A DNA stretch of 64,000 nucleotides, taken from NCBI GenBank assembly GCA_030390025.1, contig CM059431.1:144586001-144650000 (forward strand), written 5' to 3'. This DNA is from Squalus acanthias (Eukaryota). Numbering within the stretch: position 1 is the first letter of the stretch; each line of letters begins with the position of its first letter. A model generated the notes under the pieces. The model had not been told where the DNA came from, made no database searches, and saw nothing but the letters and a program-made list of their open reading frames with translations. Positions 26,566-37,036 of the stretch are shown here, piece by piece. The position numbers and the translations under genes were made by a program.

Positions 26566-26692
26566 CTGAGTCTATTTGTTAAATGACTGTAACTAATGCT
26601 AATTAGGATTTAACCTGATTGACTCCCTGGAGGATTGATGTGTGGATAAATATAGCTTCCCTTCCATTGCCTCAGCCGTGCGCCAGTCAGAG
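26566..26692 (+). promoter_or_regulatory. Conserved proximal promoter / 5' UTR block of GPCR paralog 1
   Basis: 122/127 identical to the reverse complement of ~41838-41964; ATAAATATA TATA-like box ~85 nt before the ATG. Confidence 0.7.
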
Positions 26693-26733
26693 TCTTTCAT
26701 CTCCGACAGAATTCATCGATTCTCCAGAAAATT

Positions 26734-28147
26734 ATGCAACTGACGATGCTGCAGATAAAAGAGATTTACTACCCCATTCTCGCAGCCTTCGGCGTACCTG
26801 GTGAGCCATTGTAACCTGTTTGTTGTTAGTCGGGGTTAACTGTAACCATGTATCCATGCACACACAGCCTGTTTGATAAGATTACCTGTTATCCGGACGT
26901 CAGCATTGCACAGTTGGCAGGTACGAACTCGTGAATCGCTTGTGTGCACATTCCACGTTCTGTGTAAGCAGAAAACATAAATGAAGTTACCATGTTTTTT
27001 GAAAATCAAGGAGTTTAGCCGATTTTCGGACCGTCTTGTCCCCCCGTGCAGAGTGAGCGCTGCACCAGCTCATTAAAATGTGTGGGTGGGTTTCCCAGGT
27101 AATGGCTCCAATGCTAATCCTGTTCTCACATTGCTCTGTGTTGATAATCAAACTGAATGTAGTAAGGTACTCTCCAGAGGGATCTCCATATATATTTTAA
27201 TCAGACACTGGAACATTATTTCTCTCCTCTCTCTTTCTTACAGCGAATTTGGTGACAATGGTGATTCTCTCCCGAGGAAACTGCGGCCTTTCCAAGTGTA
27301 TCTCTGTCTACATGGTGGCCATGGCAACAGCAGATCTACTCATCATGATTATCAATGTAATAGTGTATCATGTTTTATTTTATCATTTTCCACTGTCATT
27401 CCTGTACCACACTCCCGTGTGTAAGTTCATTCTATACATGACTGCTGTCAACCTCGATTTGTTTGTTTGGTTCACCGTCTCCTTCACATTTGACGGATGT
27501 GTTGTTATCTGCTGCCAGAAGTTTAAAGCAAAGTATTGCACCGAGAGAACTGCGGCCAGGGTTATAACAGCTTTCACGATCCTTAAGATTTTAAAGGATA
27601 TCCCCATTTTGTTTGCATTTCAACCTGAACAAATAATTAACAAGGTGCAGTGGGGCTGCCAGTCAAGTGTGGCTTTTTTTTCCTCTCCTCTAGGTGTAGC
27701 CTACCTCTGGTTTCACAGCGCCTGGGGCGTTTGGCTTCCTTTAATTTTAATTGTCTTGTTAAATTATTTGACAGTCAGACGTATTTTAGTTGCCGCAGAG
27801 CCCGAAAGGGACTCCGGGGACACAGGAGTGAGAATCAGAGAGATACAGAGACAGAGAACCGAAGGATATCCATCATATTACTCCTCACTGTATCGGGCAG
27901 TTTTGTACTGTTCTGGCTGACAGCTGCCGTGACTTTGGTAACTACCAGGATGACAAACCCCACTTATTACCGAGGTGACCGGACAGACCCTGGATATATC
28001 GCCACTGAAACCGCAGCCATGCTGAAGTTTTTGAGTGGCTTTCAAAACCCGTGTATTTATGCAGCCACCCAGAGCAAATTCAGAGAAGAGCTGAAGACTG
28101 TGGTGAAATCTCCCTGGATACTGATTCTGAGATTAGTTAGAAAATGA
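26734..28147 (+). pseudogene. GPR139/GPR142-like class A GPCR, two exons (26734-26800, 27244-28147), one frameshift
   Basis: Exon 1 MQLTMLQIKEIYYPILAAFGVP then G|gtgag; phase-1 intron ending ttacag; exon 2 ANLVTMVILSRGNCGLSKCISVYMVAMATADLL..SFTFDGCVVICC..NPCIYAATQSKFREEL. 1-nt deletion at ~27794. Confidence 0.88.
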
Positions 28148-28919
28148 GAATAAAAAGAATCAAGTCAAACCAAAGCTTCTTCATAACTAAAGCCCAATTT
28201 CAGTTCCCTTTCCACCTTAGAACGTCCTTCTTTCCGGTAATGTGAGACATGGGTGAGTTCTTGTGTGAACATTTCTTCTATTTTGTAGCATAAGTATGAT
28301 GTCTGCTTTACATTAGTGTTCTTCTTTCGCTGAGTGAACATAACCTATTCCTGCAAATTCATTACATTTCAATTTCAGGAATCAAAGATATCAATGTGAG
28401 ATTCAGCAATGGGGTCGGACATATGAGTAACAGAGGAATCCACCTTACACTGCAGATACTGGGATCGGGCGCGCCACTTTAAAATCATCAATAAAGATAC
28501 ATTCGGTGCCGAAACAATCCAAGGTCTTGCGATCACCGGTATTGATAACTTTCCTGGAGGTTTGGTGTGAATATTGCAGGTGCGGGTCTCTCTATCGGAC
28601 TCCATTCCTCATTGACAAATAGCGCGGGCTCTTGTCACGTGATCAGTGTTCGAAAGGAGGAAACAGCCAGAACTCGGCTCATCGATGTGACCTTTCACCT
28701 CTTTTGTCCCAGATACTGACTTAAAATCTCGATAGTGCGCTGTCTGGTGTATCTCACTCAGCACAAAGATGGAATCTACTCTTGTTTTGAGCTGTCGATA
28801 CAACTGTCATGAGTAATATTATTGATATTCCGACTCAATCAGTCTCCCAAACAAAATAGTAAAGGAATGTAAACTTGAATGATGTTTCATACAGTTCTTG
28901 ACTATTACAATTGTTGCAA

Positions 28920-30122
28920 GTTGCTGAATTCCAGAGGTGAGGTGAGAGTGACTGCCCTTGACATCAAGGCAGCATTTGACCGAGTCTGGCATCAATGAGC
29001 CCAAGTAAAACTGAATTCAATGGGAATCAGGGGGAAAACGCTCCACTGGCTGGAGTCATACCTAGCACAAAGGAAGATGGTTGTGGTGGTTGAAGGTCAA
29101 TCATCACAGCCCCAGGACATCGCTGTAGGAGTTCCTCAGGGCAGCGTCCTAGGCCCAACCATCTTCAGCTGCTTCATCAATGACCAATCCTCCAACATAA
29201 GGTCAGAAATGGGTATGTTCGCTGATGACTGCACAGTGTTCAGCGCCATTCACAACTCCACAGATAATGAAGCAGTCCATGCCCGCATGCAACAAGACCT
29301 GGACGACGTTCAGGCTTGGGCTGATAAATGGCAGGTAACATTCGGGCCACAGAACTGTCAGGCAATGACAATCTCCAACAAGCGAGAGTCTAACCACCTC
29401 CTCTTAACATTCAATGGCAGTACCTTCGCCGAATCCCCCACTATCTACATCCTGGGGGTCACCATTAACCAGAAACTTAACTGAAGCAGCCACACAAATA
29501 CTGTGGCATGAAGAGCAGATCTGAGGCTTGGTATTCTGCGGCGATTGTCTCACCTCCTGACTCCACAAAGCTTTTCCACCATCTACAAGGCACAAGCAAG
29601 GAGTGTGATGCAATACTCTCCACTTGCCTGGATGAGTGCGGCTCCAACAACACTCAGGAAGCTCAACACCATCCAGGAAAAAGCAGCCCGCTTGATTGGC
29701 ACCCCATCCATCACCTTAAACATTCACTCCCTCCACCACCGGCGTACTGTGGCTGCAGTGTGTACCATCTATAAGATGCACTGCAGCAACTCGCCAAGGC
29801 TTCTTCGGCAGCACCTCCCAAACCCGCGACACATTCTACCTAGAAGGACAAGGGCAGCAGGCGCATGGTAACACTACCACCTCCAATTTCCCCTCCAAGT
29901 CACACACCATCCTGACTTAGAAGAATATCGCCGATCCTTCATCGTCGCTGGGTCAAAATCCTGGAACTCCCTACCCTAACAGCACTGTGGGATTACCTTC
30001 ACCTCACGGACTGCAGCGGTTCAAGAAGGCGGCTCACCACCACCTTCTCGAGGACGACTAAGGATGGGCAATAAATGCTGGGATTGCCAGCGACGCCCAG
30101 ATCCCATCAACGAATAAAAAAT
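28920..30122 (+). mobile_element. Non-LTR retrotransposon family B (CR1/L2 group), 5'-truncated RT + 3' UTR, A-rich tail
   Basis: LDIKAAFDRVW, GVPQGSVLGPTIFSCFIND, MFADDCTV; internal stops. Confidence 0.88.
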
Positions 30123-30479
30123 ATTTATCTGTAAAAATCAGGCCAGAAATTCAGCTGAAATAAAACTGATATTAAGTGTTCTGCGTTTGGCTGATCATTT
30201 GCAGACGGTCAGAAAGAATCTTTGGTCATTACCGTCTTATTATGCGGTTACACATTGTTCCAAATAATAATTGAAAAATACCAACAACTTTGAATCAGTT
30301 ACAAATTTTTCATCGGTGATGTCGCCTCAATCTGCGAGGAACGAGAAGGAATGGGAGAAGATTGTCAATGGAAAAGAGCTGAAGGCTGTGGATGCTCAGT
30401 GAGCGAGATAGTTGTCCAAAAACTTAATTCAGAGAAAGTGTGTTTGCAGCTGGACAAATCCATGAAAAAACCAAAAGAT

Positions 30480-31075
30480 TTTTGTTTTTTATAGATGTGG
30501 GCATCAGTCACAAGAATAAACTAGTGATGATGAATCTTTAAAAAAGACTGGCGAGGCCACCGTTAGAACACCAGGTACAGCTTCGGCCCCCCATTGTGGA
30601 CAGGCCATTAAATCCACTGAGAGCCAACAGTATAGATACACCAGGATGGTGCCATGATTCAGAGCTATACTGATGGTGAGGGGCAATATATTGGGACTAT
30701 TTGCACTGGAGCAGCGAAAGCTAAGAGGAGATTCAATAGAGGTTTAAAAAATTCCGAATAGTTTCGGAAGAGTAAAGGGGGAAATATTAGTCCATCTAGT
30801 TTGGGGAGCGAGTAATAAAGGGTGATCGACTTCAAATGGTCACAAAGGGAATGAGCAGAGAGGATAGCAGAAATTGCTTAATGCAAACAGTTTCCGAACA
30901 TGGAATCTTTTGCCTCAGGGAATAGTTAAGGGAAAGTTAGATTCATATTGAAGCAGATAAATTAAATGGCTGTGGAGAGAGAGGAGGATAGTGCGAATAG
31001 TTTTTGATTGTTGTATCAAAGAACCCATTACAGATAGAATGGGTCACATGATCTACTCCCACCCAGTAAATATCT
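30480..31075 (+). mobile_element. Old CR1 3' fragment
   Basis: Degenerate VRPPLE / LGLFALEQRKLRGDSIEV motifs. Confidence 0.6.
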
Positions 31076-32288
31076 GAGTTTTTATACAGTTACTTCTGTT
31101 GGTAACATTTTCATTGTTTTTGTTACTAAGATACCCTCATCGCCGTTGCGATTCTGTTAAACAAAACATTAAAAATAAACTGGTACCAAGGAAGATTCCA
31201 GAGGTTCAATAGTTACTCGTCCCTTACAGGTTCCCATTTGTCGATAACCTACTTTCATTTTGTAATGAGCTGTCTGTGCAGTGCCAGAGCTCCCACCCAT
31301 CCCATAATTCCTCACCGTTTGTAGATGTGGAACATTGTCCGCTACTTCGTTAAAATCAGAATGGGTCATTCCAACTGCATTTCCCCTGCCCTACAGGCCA
31401 GTGATGTGTTTCAGAAACTCCAGCAGGTTAGTTAAAGATGACACATCGTCCCTCAAACCAATATAATTCCCTTTTACATTGCTCCTCTCCCAGGTGCTCA
31501 CCCACTGGATCTCTCCTGGCCTCATTTTAAACACTGGGATTATTTCAGCCACTGTCGGTTCCTCAAGAATCTTCTCTAATTGAGGAAATTTGCAGCAGTG
31601 TCAGTAAACCGGCAATTCTGTCAGTCCCCATACCTTTATCTCGCGGTGTCTGTATCTCTGGATTCCAGATTCCCATATTATGTGGTTGAACTCTGTAACT
31701 ATCGTTAAAAATCTATTGATCGCTGCCTCTCATACAAGCCTTCAATGATTCACTTGTGATCTACTCCGAATATTTACCAAGCGGCCTTTGCTGGGCCTTG
31801 CTATCTACCTGCTAGATTCGTTGGATAATGAAAAAGCTTTTTCTTAATCCTTAATATTGCTCCCGACATAATGACATGGACCCACGGTGCCTCCTATTGT
31901 CCTTTAAATGGAAACATACCTCTTAATTGCACACCCACTAGCACCTTCTTAACTACTTTCCACTTGTCTAATCTAGCTTTCGGAACTCCCAGACTTGCAC
32001 CATCGACGGAGTCTCACACGGACACGGGTGGATTATTGGAAAATTATGGAACCGCCTCCTCAGCTTTCATTCCATTGTCATTATTGGGCTGAAGTTCACG
32101 GACAACGCAAGCGGCATAGAATCATAGAATCAAAGGCCCATAAGGAGACCATGCGGCCTGTCGTGACTCTCTCGGCTCTTTGAACTAGGTATCCAATTAG
32201 TCCAACTCCGCTGCTGTTTTCCCACAGCCCAGCAACCCTTTCCTTTACAAGTATGTATCCAGTTCCCTTTTGAAGTTAATATTTAGTG

Positions 32289-32725
32289 TCAGCAGTGGCT
32301 CTGTGTTAGCACTCTCGCCTCTGCATCAGATGGCAGTGGGTTAAAGTCCCGCTCCAGAGACTTGAACAGAAAATCTATGCTGACACCTCAATGCAGTAAT
32401 GAGTGTGTGCTGCACTGTCGGAGGTGCCGCCTTTCGGATGGAACGTCAAACCGAGGCCACGTCTGCTCTGTCAGGAGGACATAAAAGATCCCACAGCACT
32501 TCTTCAAAGAAGAGCAGGGGAGGTCTCCACAGAGTCCTGAACAAAATTCATCCCTTCAACCAACATCACTAAAACAGATTATCTGGTCATTATCTCATTG
32601 CTGTTTGTGGGAGCTTGCTTTGTTCAAATTGACTACACCGCTTCCTACATTTCAAGACTACACTTCAAATATTACTTCATTGGCTGTAAAGCGCTTTAGG
32701 ATATCCTGAGATCGTGAAATGGAGC
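32289..32725 (+). mobile_element. SacSINE1-like Deu-domain SINE
   Basis: Aligns along its length with 19677-20083. Confidence 0.8.
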
Positions 32726-33369
32726 TGTGAACTTCTTCCCTTCCCTTTCAGGCAATGCATTCCAGATCGTAACAGCTCAGTATGTAAAAAAAAAAAATCC
32801 TCATCTCCTCGCTGGTTCATTTGCCAAATACCTTAATTTTGTAGCCGTGCTTAGCAACGCTCCTGCCAGTGGAAACGATGCTTTCTTATTTAATCAAAAC
32901 CCCTCATAATTTTGAACACATCTCCCCATAACATTCTCTGCTCGATGGAGAACGATCCCAGTTTCTGGCCATGTCGACAGTTTTCAAGTCTTTCACCCGC
33001 TGTGGTGAAGGCCCCGCCCGACACCTCACATCCGGGTACATCCAGTTTCACATTGATCTCTTTCTTGCTCAGTTTGGGAGATTATTCTTTCATTGTTCTG
33101 TATAATGATCAATTTAAGGTTAAGCAAAATACATTATTCGTATGTTAACCAATTCATTTTTGAAATGGAACCAATCTCTTCATTTAACGATTTATCGAAT
33201 CGCTGTTAATATCATTTCACCAATCGAAATTTAAAAGCGGAAACAATATACAATTGATACTTTATTAATTCAAAGTAGAGCTCTCACCATCTATTGATTT
33301 GTTCGACACTTCTCTCTCTCCTTCTCTTCATGGCCCCGCTCTCCTATTCCCTTTCTTTCTGTCGGATAA

Positions 33370-33850
33370 CACAATCTGCCAGATCCTAGTCCCATGGGTT
33401 TCCACACTCTGCCAAATCCCAGTCCCATGGGATCCCAAACTCTGCCAGTTCCCAGTCCCACGGGTTCCCGCACTCTGCCAGTTCCCAGTCCCACGGGTTC
33501 CTGCACGCTGCCAGATCCCAGTCCCAAGGGATCCCAAACTCTGCCAGATCCCTGTCCCATGGGTTCCCGCACTCTGCCAGATCCCAGTCTCACGGGTTCC
33601 CGCACTCTGCCAGATCCCAGTCTCACCGGTTCCCTCATTCTGCCGGATCCCAGTCCCACGGGTTTCCTCACTCTGCCGTATCCCAGTCCCACGGGTTCCC
33701 TCACTCTGTCGGATCCCAGTTCCACGGGTTCCCGCAATCTGCCAGATCCCAGTCCCACGGGTTCCGTTAATCTGCCGGATCCCAGTTCTACCGGTTTCCA
33801 CTCTCTGCCGGATCCCAGTTCCACGGGTTCCCTCACTCTGCCGGATCCCA
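33370..33850. repeat. 33-bp minisatellite (~14.5 units)
   Basis: Unit ctctgccagatcccagtcccacgggttcccgca; gives 11-aa repeat ORFs on both strands. Confidence 0.93.
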
Positions 33851-34959
33851 ACCCCGGTTGACGATCTACCTTTGTTCGAGAATTGTCCCTCGAATATCAG
33901 GGTAATAGAATACAATGATATCTATTATTGTTGTCAGAAGAATTGTTGGGCTTACCTCATTTGGACTGCGTGCACACTTCTGGCAACCTACTAATAGAAA
34001 GGATATTTCTGCACTTTATATGTGACACAGCTCAGTCCCAGAGCTTCCAGGGATTCACAATACCAGCTTTTGAAGAAATTATAGAAAATCCAGCTTTCTT
34101 TCTTTATAAAAGAGGAAATCCCCAGGTGATTTAATGTCAGTTTTAATGTTACGAGGATAATGCACACATGGCTCAAATTCTTCACTGTGGCAAGGAGTTC
34201 AATCATAAAGATCTACAAGTACAAAATGTGAAATTAAGCGCTAGACGGGAAGACGGGCGGGACTTTTCAGCTCACTGGGTAACTGTATTCTGTGTGTTAT
34301 TTACTGAATTACCAGGAGGGTCATTCGGCACAAACCTATTTATCCGCTTCTGGAGTTGACAACTATGTTATCGAAAGTTTATGACATGACAAACATAACC
34401 TTCTGTAAACAAACTGCAACATCCATGTGCTGCGTAACACAGGAAAAGGTAAACTGATGAACTTCAATCTGAGGAGTTTAACAATCAAGATATACAACGA
34501 AGAAAGCAAGAACATTGTCTTGAGAGAACCGAATAGCATCAAAAACATACCTTACTTGGAGTACACCTGCAACTATAATTACTGCCGTTTACGAGGCAAT
34601 AATAGGAACTCTATTAATTAACAGTATGTTGTTAAATTGCCGAATTAACCTAATCATCCTCACAGTTGTTAATGGGATAATCTGCGGTGTCTGTCCCTAC
34701 TTTAACAAATCCAAATCTGACATCCAAGTTATATGCGCTGTATTAAAGTTCACACAGAGGAATTCTGTCCTGCTGTGTTGAAGGGGCCCTACATACAATG
34801 CACAAAATCTCCTGTGTTGTGAATCCAAGTATCTTACCAAATCGTGGAGATGCCGCAGTTGGAAAGCTCGCTTTTAATATCCTGAAAGATAAATACTGAG
34901 GAATCAGACGAATCCTTCATTCACTACTGCAACTCCTCACTGAGGAATTGGAATAAAGT

Positions 34960-35100
34960 GGAGGAGGGGCGGGGTTATTCTGCATTGCAGAATTGAGAGT
35001 TAAACGGACTGACATGCACTAATACGCTGCTGCATTCTGGGAGTTGTAGTCCACCCGTGACAGAGACTCAAACTGAACTGGTGCATTATGGGAGACTGGT
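34960..35100. promoter_or_regulatory. Two ZNF143/Staf-type sites plus a GC box
   Basis: Minus strand GGACTACAACTCCCAGAATGCA (35031-35052) and ACCAGTCTCCCATAATGCAC (35081-35100); GGGGCGGGG at 34966-34974. Confidence 0.6.
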
Positions 35101-35614
35101 ACTCGGCTGAGCTTCTTGATTCTGAAAATTGAGCAAAGTATAAGGTTCCGGTTCCAGCAAGAGATGCACGGTTGGGGTGAAACTACAGGAGTCATTCCTC
35201 ACAGATAATTGCAGATAAACTCCTAATGTTTAGTTGCAATTTCAATTTTAAATTATTTTTATGAATGTAATAACTTTACTAATGCTTGGCTATAGTGCGT
35301 GATACGCTTCAATTGATCCACTAGCAATAATAAAAATTTGCTATAGTTTTCTGATTGATTCAAATGTCTCTTAAAGGAAATAACCCTTACTTGACTGTTA
35401 GTACTAATTGGTGAGAAAGGCTTCGCGGAGGGTTCACGTGAATTTGTGTCTTTCTCTGCAGTCTGAGATCTTCACTCTGAGCCCACATCTCCCAAAGTTG
35501 GTTCAGGATTCCATATCTGCTCCCAAGAATCGGCATCTTCGCTTTCTTTGTGCAGCATTTTTTAAATTTACACCCTACACTGCGACTGACTGCGAACAAT
35601 GGCATGGGATTTGA

Positions 35615-36560
35615 GAATCATAGAATCCTAAAATTATACAGTAAAGATGGAGACTATTTGCCCATGCTGCCTGTGCCGGCTCTTTGAAATAGATAACCAA
35701 TTCGTCCCACTCCTCTGCTACTTTTTCTTTTCCTTTATTTTGCCTCATGTCCCCGCTGTTTTTTGTGCCAATTACCTTAAATCTGTGTCCTCTGGTTACC
35801 GAGCAGTCTGCCCTGGAAACAATTTCTTCGAATTTCCTTTATCGAAACTATTCCTAATTTGTATTGAGTTTGGTGCTCCCTTGAATTATTTACCTAACAT
35901 TTATCTTAAGCTTCCTTTTTTTCTGTTATCAATTTTGAATTCAATTTTGGCTTCAATTTCGCTAACAGGTCTATCATGTAGTACTTTGTCAAACGCCTTT
36001 TTAAAGTCCATATACACAACATCAACTGCACGATCCTCATCAACCCTCTCAGTTACTTCATGAAAGGACTTGATCAAGTTAGTAAAACCTGATTCCCCAT
36101 TAAAAAATCAGTGCTGGCTTTCATTGATTAACCCACATTTTACAAGTGCCAATTAAGTTTCTGTCGGATTATTGTCTCTAAATGTTTCTGCACGACGTTA
36201 GGTTGACTGGCCGGTAGCTGCCAGGTTTATCCCTCTCCACCTTTTTGAACGGGTTGCAATATTTCCAGTCCACCACTACTGTGGCTTTTCTCCCATATCT
36301 AAGGAGGATTGGAAGAGTTTTTGACCCAGTGCCTCTCCAATTTCAACCCTTACTTCCCTCAGCTACCTAGTATACAGCCCATTTGCACCGGGTGACATTT
36401 GTACTTTGAGCACTTCCAACCTTTTAAGTACCTCCTCTTTGTTTATGATTTCCTATCCAATTTTTCTACTATCGCCTCCTTTACTGCGACATTGACAGCA
36501 TCCTTTTCCTTAGTGACGACACATGCAAAGTATTCGTTCAATATCGAAGCCATGCAGAAG
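35615..36560 (-). mobile_element. Fragmented old CR1
   Basis: Reverse complement of DVVYMDFKKAFDKV and LNEYFA motifs; CR1 tail at ~35615. Confidence 0.65.
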
Positions 36561-36939
36561 AAAATCTCCTTTTTGGTCTGTAATATGCCCCATCATTGAG
36601 AGTGCCATGCTCCCGGAGGATAACAGCACCATCTGCCTCTTCGCACCCTGCCCATGGCGACCAACATACTATCCTCCTGAACTCATTGTGGCTGCGGGTG
36701 ATCAGCTCCAGGAAAATGTGGTCGAGCAAATTTTCAGCGCTGGTGTGACTCCAGCCGCTTCTCAAGATCAGAAACTCTGAGCTTAAGTTAGAGCAGATGG
36801 AGGTGCTTCATGGACACGTGATTATCATGGACAGGTGAAGCGCCCTGGAGTTCCAACATGTCAAAGGAATATCCACTGTTGTTATCAATGTAAGTTGCAG
36901 CATCTAAATTCCATAGCGACAGAAATCAGTTTGAAAATA

Positions 36940-37036
36940 AAATAACATTAAACTAAATTAAACGAAAGTACATTAAACTAAATTAAATAGAAATAAATGA
37001 AATTCAATTAAATTAAATGCATTACGTTAAATTAAA
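36940..37036. repeat. (ATTAA)n-like AT-rich repeat
   Basis: Imperfect pentamer run. Confidence 0.6.

Noticed and set aside
27249..28147. Two separate membrane-protein ORFs, or programmed frameshifting
   Set aside because: They are halves of one GPCR exon broken by a 1-nt deletion; there is no slippery sequence.
33291..33994. Four overlapping repeat ORFs as genes
   Set aside because: All arise from the 33-bp minisatellite; no splice or domain support.
34845..34875. tRNA-Ala remnant near the ZNF143 sites
   Set aside because: Only ~11 nt (tggagatgccg) resemble a tRNA 3' end; no cloverleaf can be built.
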